From: Takakia lepidozioides
Lineage: Eukaryota > Plantae > Bryophyta
Direction: 5' to 3'
DNA length: 64,000 nucleotides
Assembly (NCBI GenBank): GCA_030704615.1
Contig: CM060731.1
Span: 85,188,001 to 85,252,000, forward strand
In this document: piece by piece, positions 23,701 through 37,000 of the stretch
Layout: every line of letters begins with the position of its first letter
Position numbering within the stretch: position 1 is the first letter of the stretch
Position numbers and translations under genes: made by a program
The notes under the pieces: model-generated
What the model was told of the DNA's origin: nothing
What the model saw: only the letters and a program-made list of their open reading frames with translations
Databases searched by the model: none

Positions 23701-26700
23701 GCCCTGAGTTTAAATTTCAGTCTAGTGCCGAGAGTGGGTAGACCCTTGAGGTCATCCATGATGGCCTCCCCCATGTCACAGACTGGAAACAAGTTCAGGG
23801 AAATTTTCTGCCTAACTTCATTTTCATCAGACAATTTCCTGGCAACAGAACATGGCTTTGGACACTACAGCTTCTAAATCAGATTTATCCAGCAGGGTCA
23901 AGATGCAGGCTAAGATTCAGATCCTTGAGAATCTCTTCTACTCTCTTCTGCCAGGGCTAAGCCTGTTTGACAGGGCGATCCTGTTTCCCAGATATAGAGT
24001 AGATTAACTTAGGATATCTGATGTTGGACACATGTTGCAGCTGACCCCACCATCTGACCTTGAATTCATCTCGTCGGGAGCTTAAGGAAGGGATGCCAAC
24101 CTCACCCCGAACAGCCACATCAGCTGTTTTGGAGCATGCTAACATGCACTCCTCAAGCACCCCCACTTGAATGGATTCTAGAGACTTAGCCTGGTTGGAG
24201 TTATCAACCCAAAATGCAGATACGTACTCCAAGGCAGGTCTAATAACACGACAAAGCATGGTTTTCTTGACCTTATAGTTGATCCCTCTGCAGTTAGTGA
24301 GACCCAGCGCTTTGCGCTTGCCAGTTTGAACATCTTTCTGAAAATGTGCATCCCAATTACAGTTGGAGGAAAACTCAACGCCGAGGTATGTGTAGGAAGG
24401 GAGGACCGGAATCTCTTGGCTTCCCCACTGCCACTTGAGATCACCTCCTCCCTCTCCTCGGTCGTTGAATGCCCCCACTGCAGATTTACTGACATTAGCC
24501 TCTAGCCCCAAAGGTCAAAGTATCTGTTCGCGCAATCAATCAATTCCTGGAGATTGGAGGAGTCTCCCCTATGGCTGCTAAGTCATCCGCAAACATAAGG
24601 GCTGGTATGGTGGTATCACCCACCCTTAACCCAAATCCCTCAATTTTCACATCCTCGAGGTGTTCATTGATGAAAACATTGAAGAGCAGAGGGGAGAGGG
24701 TACATCCTTGAGCTACACCTTGGTCTATGTCAAAGAAGTTAGACTTATGTTCATTAACAGTGACACAACTTTTGGTGTGAGCATACAAGTTGTGGACAAC
24801 TTCCACATCTTTCCCTTGATCCCACATGGCCAGAGTCGGAGCCATAGACCGTCTCTCCACACTGTGTCATAAGCCTTTTTGGCATCCAAGAAAAAACAGA
24901 AGGACAAGAGAGAGAGAGAATGAAATGAAATGGTGCTTTATAACTTAGAGAGAGAGAGGGAGAGAGAGAGCGCATGGACTGGGGTTGGGCAGATGAAATA
25001 AGGAAATCTATTACATGTCTGGCAGGACCACTGAGAGAGATGATTGCGTGTGCAAAAAATATGGACTTCAACCTTTGAAGGTTAACAAGAATAACTCGTG
25101 GTCACACACAAGGAAACCGTGCAATTAAAACTTCCTAATGCCACGTCAGTTTCTCAATATATCTGCAACACTGCACAAGCATGCTGAAATTCAACCTCTG
25201 AAGTGGCCAAACAGAAGAATCAAGATGCCCCTTGTGGCATGCTGACCTACGCAAATTTGCATCTGGGACCACCAGCTGTGGCCATAGTCCCCTAACCAGA
25301 GGGCTTGCTGGTGAAAGCTGAAGTACTCACTAGACATGATGTACACTGCGATGAACTTAAGCAGACTTACCTAGGGCATAGCCATGATCCCCACGCAACA
25401 GTTGGATCAAATCCAACACATCCAGCATGGTACCTGTCTTGCCCACATCACCATGTAAGAAAGGCGAACTCCACTCCAATACAGAAGAAGGTTGAATTCA
25501 AGTAGGTCACATGTACTTCTGCATTAAAGCTCCCCATACGGCCCTCATAAGGAATTTCAAAACCATCTTTCAGGAAGTTGCACATCAACATATGTTTATG
25601 ACCAGCCTCTCTAGCATCTATATCCAACATCAGATACTTCTGTTATGTGACCAAAACTTTGGTACAACATATGCTATACATTTGCTAAGGAAAAACTGTT
25701 TTCATTGCTGTTCTACTTACAATCATCCGCCTGGCTGAATGCAAGGTCTAAAGTTTCTCTTCCTATTTCTCTGTCTGTCTGTCTCACGGACTGCGTCACA
25801 ACTGTGATACATAAACAAGCCGGCCCAGGCGCCATTGGCAGTACATAAGTTTTGAATAAACCCCGACTAAATCCCATTAATTTGCCGCAATCTGATGAGG
25901 GATGTGTGCCAATAAAACTTAAAAAAGGGGGAAAATATGGGTTTCATAGATTCTTGGAAGCAATTTTTTCAGTTCATGGCAAGAGCTTGGAAACATAGAG
26001 CACAATTGCATAACTAACCTCTTCACCGACTGGAATTATAGTCACATGTACCTCTTTGTGACACCTGACCATTCATGCTGCAAAGAACAGACTAGTACAG
26101 ACTCACACTCCAACTTGGCTAAGAACTGGATTCTTGGCAGTGCATAGCCAAAATTTGCAGGGAACAGTCAATTAGTTGTCTAGCTCTCTCCTGCAGAGGG
26201 TTCCGCTCAAACTGGGGTCAATGGCCACAAGGCTATGGCAAACATCCTCTTATGAGTACATCCCTCCTGAAGAGGTAATTTCTTTCTTTCACCACCCTCA
26301 TTCAACAAAACCTTGCTCTACCACGGGGAGCAAGTGGCATTGAATGGGCTCGGCGTGCAGGAACTTCGGAGCACAAAATCCTGTTCATAAGATTCAAAGG
26401 TTAAGGTGCCCGGGATAGGGTTCTTAGACAGAGGCCTCAATTGAGAGGACAGGGAATGTACCTCAACGAGGATTTTACCCCCATGCAATACAATGCCAGG
26501 CAGGCTCAACTTTCTCAAGTCAAACAGGCTCGGGCACAGGGGCACTATGCTGTTTATAGAGATGGGAGGGTCATCATTCGAGAGCAAGAACGTCGCCCTT
26601 CTAACACTAAATACGGGTTGGGGCCCCATGAGACCAACGCACGCTCATATCTGACCATCGGCTCATGGAACTGCAATGGCTCATTGTGGAGCCATCCGCA

Positions 26701-29700
26701 AGGGCTTCTTGATATCTTCTCAAAGTGTGATGTTCTTTTTCTCTTGGAAACACATGCATATGAAGGAAAGGACCCTCCTTCTATTCTCGGAATTCAGTGA
26801 CTCGTCCACGCACAGGTCTCAAAGGCTCTGGTGGAGTGGCTTGTTACTTTGCTGACTGGCTTCTACCATGCATTTCCATACAAAGACCCACTGGCAAGGT
26901 ACATTTGGTGTCACATCAAGGGCTACAATCCTCAACCAAACATTTTTTTGGCGGGATGTTATTTTGCCCCGGCTGCATCTCCACAAAGTGGCCTTCACAT
27001 GCTAACAGATTCGCCGTATGTTGCATTGGAAGAGGATATGTCCCGTCTTCGTACCCCACACACAGACATATTTTTGGTTAGAGATTTCACCGCCCGTACA
27101 GGATCACTATACGCACCTTCGACCCCGCGGACCCTCTACACATCCAACACTCACATATGGCCTTGGAGAGGCAAAGTGCGGATGTCTCTAGTGAAATCAC
27201 AAGTTATGGTCACCATCTACTCAAATTTTGTACAAGGGCTTGTCATCTACAATGGCACTACCAACTACAAATCCAGTCCGTTCACCTGCCACACGTACAA
27301 AGGACAGTGCGTGGTCGACTATCTCTTGGGGAGCCCCAACACAACTGATAGGGTTAGCTCTCTTTACATTAGGTACCCGGATCTGGTCGCCTTTCCTTTG
27401 CAATTCCTTCCATCTCTTACCCCGTCTCCTCCACTTCTTTCCTTTCACACCCAATCCTCCCCTCCATCATGAATCTACCATCTACTAATGACAAGGCTTC
27501 CTATCTCAAACACGCTCTTTGGGACTCGGCCCTGCAATCCTTCCCAGTCACCCTCCCATCTACCTCCTCACCTTTCTCCACTCATAGATATGCACCATTC
27601 TATGACGAAGAATGCAAAGTTGCTAGACGTCACATCAAATCTCTGGTCCTTCATATCCATTCATCTCCAGATTCCAAAAACCTAGCTCTCAAGCACTATA
27701 AGTCCCTCATTAGATCCAAAAAGAGAGCCTACACTCTAAAGCTGCAATCTTCTTTCCTTGCAAAGGTCTTTCTCCTCGTTCCTTTTGGTCCCTCCTTAAA
27801 CCTCAGAGAGACCCACCCCCAATCACTGACATTGACGTCTGGCATGAGTATGCTCAGTCATTGTATCACTCCCCAAGCCAATCTCCCTTTCCCATAACCT
27901 CCAAACCCCTACACTTCTCTTTCTTCACTACAGCCAATGTCAGCAAGGCAGTCAAGAAGTTGCAAAATGGCAGCATTGGATAGGATATATCAGGGCTACA
28001 GAGTGAATTCATCAAGCACGCGGCAACAACTTTGAGCCCATTTATAGCACACCTCTTCCATGAAGCAGTGCAACATGGCTTTCCAACAGAGTGGACAAAG
28101 AGCATCATCCACCCCCTCTTCAAGAACGGTGACAGGCTCGCACCGACCAACTATCGCACAATTATGGTGTCCTCGTTACTGGCTAAACTGTTTGGGGCAG
28201 TAGTGGCCATGGAACTGGATGATTGGGCTGAATCCTCTCACATGCGTGCTATGGGGCAGGCAGGTTTCCGTCGCAATAGATCCACTCTTGACCACATGTT
28301 CACTCTCAGACTATGGTAGAAAGTGCAAGCTATGACAAAAAAATGGTGTATGTTCGCTTCGTAGACTTTCGAAAGGCTTTTGATTCGGTTCCTTGAGACC
28401 TTCTCTTCCAACGGCTCCATAGGGTGGGAGTCCCTCCGGACATCCTATATGCCATCTTTTCCATGTATGAGATTGTCATTGGCATGAACAACGTCGTGGG
28501 GGAATTCTCAGCAGAGGTGCATAGCAACATTGGGGTCAAACAGGGCTGCCCCCTCTCACCTACCCTTCTCGGGATCTACATTGACGCTTTGGAGGGTTAC
28601 ATCTCAAAAAACCATGGAGTTGGGGTGCCATTGGATGGGGGACCAACGCAATCAGATCTCCTCTACGCTGATGATGTTGCCCTCTTGGCACAATCTCCTG
28701 TCTTCCTGCAACGCCATCTTCACATCCTGGAAGAGTTCTCCAAAGACTATGGGTTGAAAGTCAATCTTAGCAAAACTAAGATCATGGTTTTCAATGGCAA
28801 GGCGGACCGCAGATTCATCTTCAACCAACAGGAAATTGAGATTGTCAAATCATACCAATACCTGGGTCTGGTTATCCACTCTCCCAAATTCCAGTTTGCA
28901 TCAACTGCCCTGGACAGATTGACGAAGGGCAAGGCTGCCTCCATCCGCCTTCAGGCTAAATGCAAACAGATACAGCTGCGCCAACCCCCCAACCAAAAAG
29001 GCTATTTGACAGCGTTGTCACCCTGGCCGCCACTTATGGCTGGAACCATTGCAATCATCTTTTCTCCAAGCAATGCTTGGCGCCAGAGGCACAACTCCAT
29101 CTCACAAACTATGTGCAGAGTTTGCATGCGTGCCACTTCAAACCAAGGCCCTCGTCCGGCTTACAATCTTACTTAAAAGGTTACAAGCCCTCCCACCCAA
29201 GGGGCTCGTGGCAAGAGCCCTCGCAACATCTATCAGGCTCAAAACAGCAGGTTTCAAGCACTCCTGGTATGCTCGAGTGTGCAGTTTTTTTGGGCGCAAT
29301 GGACTCTCTATTGTTTCGCTATTGCCACAAAATCCAGAAGGGGTGGAAATCACATCCAAACAGGATCGCAACAGACTCATTAGAAGGGAACTTATGGAAC
29401 TACATGTCAGGAAAACTTGGAAGCTACCCAATCTCACAACAACACTCCATTTCTATCGAGAGACATTCTTGGTTCTCCGTGAGGATAGAATCTTGTGGCC
29501 CAATTACCTTTCGGCGCCTTTATCTCCTTCCCTCCTGAGGGCATTGAGGCGGTTCAGGGTGGGCTCCCACAATCTACGGGTAGAGACTGGTAGATGGGAA
29601 AACCTGCAACGGGAGGACCGCCTATGCCCAGCTTGCACTGGGTGCAACCAGGAAATTGAAACTGAAGAACACTCCTTCTTTTATTGCCCTCTATATTATC

Positions 29701-32700
29701 AGATGCGTGGGAGATTCCACTGTCTTACTCCGTGGAAATCAATCTCTCACTGAAGTCTTCCACTATGAGGATCAGAAATGCTTGGCAGCTTACCTGCACG
29801 AGGCCTTGACCCTTAGACAATCCCTTGAGCAGTAGTTGCTTTTGGGCTGTTTTTTGGCTCTGGTTTTGTTTCCTCTGTTGTTTTTCCATTTTGTCAAATA
29901 AGCTCTTTGAGCTTTCCGCGGACGTTATCAAGTACCATTTCATTTCATTTCCTTTCGCTCTCTTTATTCCAGCCTACAACTCTTCTATATTTTAAACATG
30001 TTCTGTCTGTCTTATGCTGGAACTGCTCTGAGTTCCATAAAATCTTTACCTGTACACTAGATGTAATAAGCTTTTTACCTCTCTCTCTCTCTCTCTCTCA
30101 CCAAGAGATTCTGGTCCTCCCTTCCTACAGATACCTTGGCGTTGAGTTTTCCTCCAACTGTAATTGGAATGCACATATTCAGAAAGTTGTTCAAACTGGC
30201 AAGCGCAAAGCGCTGGGTCTCACTAAATTTTTCCACTGCAGAGGGATCAACTCTGACGTCAAGAAAACCATGTTTTGTCGCGTTATTAGACCTGCCTTGG
30301 AGTACGCATCTGCAATATGGGTTGATAACTCCAACCAGGCTAAGTCTCTAGAATCCATTTAACTGGGGGTGCTGAAGGAGTGCATGCCAGGATGCTCCAA
30401 AACAGCCAATGTGGCTGTTCGGGGTGAGTTTGCATCCCTTCTTTAAGCTCCCCACGAGATGAATTCAACGTCAGATGGTGGGGTCAGCTGCAACATATGT
30501 CCAACATCAGATATCCTAAGTTAATCGACTCTATATCTTGGAATCAGGATCGCCCTGTCAAACAGGCTTAGTCCTGGCAGAAGAGATTGTACTCATAAGA
30601 CATTGTTTGCCATAGCCTTGTGGCCATTGACCCCGCGCCCAGTTTGAACGGAACATAAAGGGACAGAAACTACCTTTGTCAGGGGCTGACGCTGGTAGTA
30701 TGATTTACCCCTGGCAGAAGAGAGTAGAAGAGATTCTCAAGGATCTGAATCTTAATCCTGCTGGATAAATCTGACTTAGAGGCTGTAGTGTCCAAAGCCA
30801 TGTCTGTTGCCAGGAAATTGTCTGATGAAGATGAAGTTAGGCAGAAATCTTCCCTGAACTTGTTTCCAGTCTGTGACATGGGGGAGGACATCATGGATGA
30901 CCTCAAGGGTCACGGAAATGTAAACTTAGGGCGGGAAGCCTACCTTTGAACAGCAAACAGAAGCAGAGAGGAAAGATGCTGCACGTTGGGCCTGAATTGC
31001 CTCCTCGCCTCTATGGCTACCAATGGCAACATTCAATTGAAGGCTTTTAACATCTTTGCCCAATTGGTAGTATTGAGACGACAGTTCTTTTGTCGTTTTT
31101 GATACTACAGCAGTCCACATAAAGTGCCCTTCTCTCAGCAATCTTGAGCTTGATCTCATTGGTCTACCACAGACAGTGAGTTTCCTCCCAATGATCTTAT
31201 CAGCCGCAGAGGTGATGAAACTCTCCCAAGAATCCACAGCTCGTTCGACTTTGCTTCTTACATCTTCTAAGCAAGAAGAGAGGTCTTGGAGTGATTGGAT
31301 AAAGTGCGGGATAATAAGCACCCGTCACGAGGTTGATCTGGAGTCTAGAGGTGGTCTTAATGAAGGCCAGGCTGGCTTTTGGAGACATCGGGGCTGCACT
31401 GAACATATCTTCACTCTATGCCAGATCATCCAGGGAAGGAAAAAAGAAGGAAAGCCCACTTTGTCTTCTTCCTGGATGTCAAAAAGGCTGACGACACAGT
31501 ATGGTGTGACGGGCTGTGGCTCCGGCTTTGGTCTTTTGGGGTCAGGGGAAAGATGTGGAGGATGGTTCACAACCTGTACGCGAACACCAAAAGTTGTGTT
31601 ACGGTCAATGGACAAAAGTCTAACTTCTTTCATATTGATCAAGGTGTAGCACAAGGTTGTACCCCTCCCCACGTCTCTTCAATGTTTTCATTCATCAACT
31701 TCTTAAAGATGTGGAAAGTGAGGGGTTTAGGCTAAAGGTGGGTGACGCCACCATACCAGCTCTTATGTTTCCAGATGACTTCGCAGGCCTAGGGGATACC
31801 CCATCCAATCACCAGGGCTGATGATTGTGCAAAGAGGTTCTTGCCCTGTGGAGGCTAGAAGTTAATGCTAGTGAATGCACAGTGGTGGCATTCAACGACA
31901 GTGGGGAGGGAGGAGGGGATCTCGAATGGAAATGAGGTGACGAAAAGATACCTGTACGTATCTTGGTGTTGAGTTTTCCTCCAACTATAACTGGGAAGCG
32001 CATATACCAAAAGTGATCCAATCAGCTAAACGCAAAGCTTTGGGTCTCACTAACTTTTTCCATTGCAGAGGGATTAATACTGAAGTTAAAAGGACAATGA
32101 TTTGCAACATTATTGGAGTAGGCATCGGCTGTGTGGGTCAACGATTCCAAACATCCTGAATCTCTAGAATCCATCATACCTCCCTTAAGCTCTCCACGTG
32201 ATGAATTCAAGGTCAGATCGTGGGGTCAGTTGAATCGTATGCCGAATACCAGATAACCTAAGATAATTGACGCTATTTCTTGGAAGCAAGACCATCCTGT
32301 TAAACAGGCGAAGTCTTAGCGGAAAAGGGTAGAAGAGATTTTCATATCTGAATACTAGTCCAGAAGAATTGGCCCTAATGCATGAAGCTGACCTAGAGGG
32401 TTTGTGTCCAAAGCCATGTCTGATGCTCAATTTTTACCAACTTTGAAAGTCTCGAGGCTGAGCCAAAAGCCCAGGCCCTTCTGAGGCCTAGTTTTTGGGC
32501 AAATCACACACAGCAGATTGATGCTTGTGTGAAGGGATTTCTAGAGGATATCTGGAAAACCCGGATTAATTCTTTATATGAAGGTAAGTCTTACTACCAA
32601 CGTCAGCCCCTGACAGAGGTAGGTTCTGTTCCTTTTGTTCCCGCTCAAACTGGGCGCGGGGTCAATGGCCACAAGGCTACGGCAAACAACATCTTATGAG

Positions 32701-34014
32701 TACAATCTGATGCTCAAAGACTGTCGGATGAAAATGAAGTTAAGCAGGGAACTTGTTTCCAGTCTGTGATATGGGTGAGGACCTTAAGGATGATCTCAAG
32801 GGCCTATCTACAATATCCATTTTCTGATTCACTGTCCGGGATATTCTCATCAGAGAGTGATCCTCTTCAGGACCATCAAGAACACTGTCCCTGCACCTCT
32901 GTTCACCAACTTTCAAAATCTTGAGGCTAGGCCTGTAGCCCTGGCCCTCTTGGGGTCTAACTGCTGGGAAGCTCAAACACAGCAAGTTGATGCTTGTGTG
33001 AAGGGCTTTCTAGAGGATATCTGGAAACCCAAACTAATTGTCTTTATCAAGGTAAGTCGCACTACCAGAGTGAGCCCCTCACACAGGTAGTTTCTGGTCC
33101 CCTTTGTTCTGCCCAAACTGGGCGGGGGGTCTATGGCCATAAGGCCACGACAAATGTCTCATGAGGACATTCTCGCTCTCTCTCTGGAGTGTGTTCCGCC
33201 CAAACTGGGCACAAGGTCTAAGGCCACAAGGCTACGGCAAACAACGTCTTATGAGGACATTATCTCTGTCTGTCCAGTCAAAGAGCAGATTTATGCTTGT
33301 GTGAAGGGCTTCCTAGAGGAAATCTGGAAAGCCTGAACTAAATTGTTTATATCGAGTTAAGTCCCACTACTGGAGTGAGCCCTTCACAAAGGTAGTGTAT
33401 GTTCCCTATTGGTCCACCTGAACTGGGCGCGTGGTCTATGGCCAGAAGACTACGGAAACAAAGTCTTACAAGTACATTCTCTGCGACCAGTTAGAGCTTG
33501 TCTTCTCTCTTCAATTTACTGATCCAAAAGCAAAGGACATTCCAAGTGCACTAGCTCAAATAATCCATGTCAACCAGAGGACCACAGATGCTTGTTTCTT
33601 ACCAACAGTCACATGAATCACAGGCTACAGAGGTGTCAGCGGCATCTTCATCCACCACTGGAACTCCTGCCCGAATGAGGCACTTGTCTCCCTCCAAGCA
33701 TCCTACAGCCTGTGTTTAACCAAATGATATTCAACAACGACATATATGTCAATACAAGACAAAGAAATAAAAAGAGAAAAGTGAACTCCATCTTCACCCA
33801 ACTATTTTGTCCGTCACCGAGTATCTGACCCCCACATGGTGGTAACGCATCTCTCTCTCAGCAGTACTGGAATCAGCACTGTGTTTTCTAGCATCTACAC
33901 CATCCGATGCCTTAAAACACCAAAACCGGCAAGGAGTGATAGTTACTAAGGGGAGTGTGCACTTCCGGGTATGTATAGCCAGTGTTCATAGGGAGTCGTC
34001 TCACATGGGGGTCG

Positions 34015-34052
<38 letters not shown>

Positions 34053-37000
34053 CTTGAATTCATCTCGTCGGGAGCTTAAGGACGGAATGCCAAACTCACC
34101 CCGAACAGCCACATTGGCTGTTTTGGAGCATGCAAGGTCAGATGGTGGGGTCAGCTGCAACATATGCCCAACACCAGATATCCTAAATTAATCGACTCTA
34201 TATCTTGGAAACAGGACCGCCCTGTCAAACAGGCTAAGTCCTGGCAGAAGAGAGTAGAAGAGATCCTCAAGGACCTGGACCTGGATCCGCAAGTCTTGAC
34301 CCTGCTGGATAAATCTGACTTAGAGGCTGTAGTGTCCTCAGCCATGTCTGTTGCCATGAGATTGTCTGATGAAAATGAAGTTAGGCAGAAAACTTCCCTG
34401 AACTTGTTTCCAGTCTGTGACATGGGGGAGGACATCTTGGATGTGTTGCACAGTGGGAACTATTGAAACTTTGGAACACTGCCTGCTCAACTGTAGAGCC
34501 CCAAGTTCAATCTGGGCTTTGGTTGTTAATGCTTTCTATACTCCATGGGCGCTCATGCCCATCGACCATGTTACCATTCTTCTCAACTACAACAGGGGTT
34601 CGAAATTTGTAGCAAGTTTCTGTCCTGTTTTTTAAGCTTTGAGAGGGGCAACTCTATGGCACATATGGAGGGCACGATATGCCTGGGCTTTGGAGGGCTC
34701 CAATACCTCAGCAACAGCATTGCTTACCCAAGTGTTTTTTGAAATTATAGTGGGTGCTAAGAAACCTTGGTCAAAATTGTGTGCAGACATCGACAACTCA
34801 AGGGTCTACCCACTCTCGGCACTAGACTGAAATTTAAACTCAGGGCAGGAAGCCTACCTTTGAACAGCAAACAGAAGCAGAGAGGAAAGGGAGACAATTG
34901 CCCGTTGTGTGGGCAATCTGAAGACAGTATTCATTTTCTGATACACTGTCCGGGGTTCTCTCACCAAAGAGACGCTCTCTTCAAATCTATTAAGGGAATT
35001 GTGCCTGTACCCCTGTTTACCAACTTTGAAAGTCTCGAGGCTGAGCCAAAAGCCCAGGCCCTCCTGAGGCCTTTTTTTTGGGCAAATCACACACAGCAGA
35101 TTGATGCTTGTGTGAAGGGATTTCTAGAGGATATCTGGAAAACCCGGATTAATTCTTTATATGGAGGTAAGTCCTACTACCAACGTCAGCCCCTGACAGA
35201 GGTAGGTTCTGTCCCTTTTGTTCCCGCTCAAACTGGGCGCGGGGTCAATGGCCACAAGGCTACGGCAAACAACGTCTTATGAGTACAATCTCTCTCTTGA
35301 AATTTGTGTGAACTTGCAAGGTGTAATGGATGTGGCTTTATGATCCGTCACAGCCACATTCATCTTCATACTCCCTCTTGACTTTGTCACCAACCACCTC
35401 CACGTTTTATGGAGTTAATTTAGTTGGTACCACATGCTCTTACTCAGGTGGCAGTGAGGTTCCTGAAAATCAGCCTCCACGACCTAAATGAAGGGGACAT
35501 TGACAACCCTACACTCTAACTACTTTGCTCTAATAACAGTACTTGTGGCCTTTAATGGCTGTAAAGCCAGCCACTTGACAGAGTTCACCCCAGCCATATA
35601 AAGGGACCGGAGTCAACAGTAGTTTACCTGCAATGTCAGTCATCTACTTCAGATTGCTGCTCATGGCAAATACACCCGTCTCGAAATGCTCAGGTTCAGG
35701 CAACTACTCAACTTTGTTTTGCTTCCAAGTGTTTTTTCGAGATTACCATGGTTCTTGGTTGACATCTATAACAAGTTTGCAATGCTATAAGCCTGGGGTT
35801 CTACAGGATCACTAACCTGATGGTTTTGTGGTTGGCTGTGATGGATCCACATGAGGCATCACTTCTCCCTTGCATCATAGCCCAAGCACTCACTCTCAAC
35901 TCCATTAGTGAAGTGCTATCAAGCATGTCATTTTGATAGCTAGGGGTTGTACTATTTCTTTTGCTGACTAGAAGAGGGCTGTATTGGTTTTCAGAATTCA
36001 GTTTGATCTTTATACAAACTGATCCCTAGAAAGATGAAGAGTTTTTAAGGTTTAGATTTGGCTGAAAGGAAAGCTCTAAGCCCCTTTCTACTATGACATT
36101 ATAGATGACTGTGAAAGTTCTAGGACTGTTTGTACAGATGGTGTCTACTAAGACTGACGATGTGTTGAAGATGACAAAAATCTAATTTAGTCTTGACATG
36201 ACTATGATATGACTCTCTCTCTCTCTCTTTCAACTTCTCAGGGCTGACCAACCAAAGGAAACAACTCGAAGTGGGACAAGTTCTTCGGACTAATGATATT
36301 CATATCTGTGCTGGGCAAGAAACTTGGGAAACGTCGGATAAACTGGTTGGAGATGTCATTGGTTATAAATGGGCAGGTAAGATGTGTACTCTCAAGGCAG
36401 CCTCTGCCAAACGCGGTCAAAAAGGGGTTGGATTCTTTGTGTTTGACAATTGTGAAATTATCAACAAGGGTTTGAGGTACGAGCATGGTATCTGGCTAAA
36501 GCTGAAACTGAAGGGCAGCATGAGTACGAAGGACCTCTTTGTGGGTTGTGTTTACATGCCCACAGAGGGGACCCTTAGTGCTGACGCAGACAAAGCCTTC
36601 GAAGATGTAAAGCTAGACTGTGCTTTGTTCCTTGCCAAAGGTCAGGTGATTTTATTGGGTGACTTCAATGCCCGGGTGGGTAAAGGTCTCCATCAGGATG
36701 ATATCATTGGGCCTTTTGGTGAGGACGAGCTGAACTCTAATGGCAGACGGTTAATTAACTGTCTGGAAGAGCTTCAGCTTCTGGCCTTGAACAATAGGGC
36801 AAAAGGTGACCAAGTGCAGTGGACTCGTGAGAAAGCCCAAACTGGGGAACGTTCCATTGTGGATTATATCATAATGGACAAAAATTTGTTTCCCCAGAGT
36901 GGCAATGTGTTGATCGACAGAACTGATATTGGTACCTCTGACCACTTCCTGGTTTGGACTGAGATCAAAAGGTGTTTTCCCAACACCAAGAGATCTGTGA

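Larger units (their letters stand above)
30099..33480 (+). mobile_element. Cluster of nested and rearranged LINE-A fragments
   Basis: RT and C-terminal remnants, an antisense block (~31020-31310) and several stacked 3' termini. Confidence 0.8.

Noticed and set aside
35300-36210. Possible highly decayed retroelement coding remnant
   Set aside because: No motif could be read with confidence
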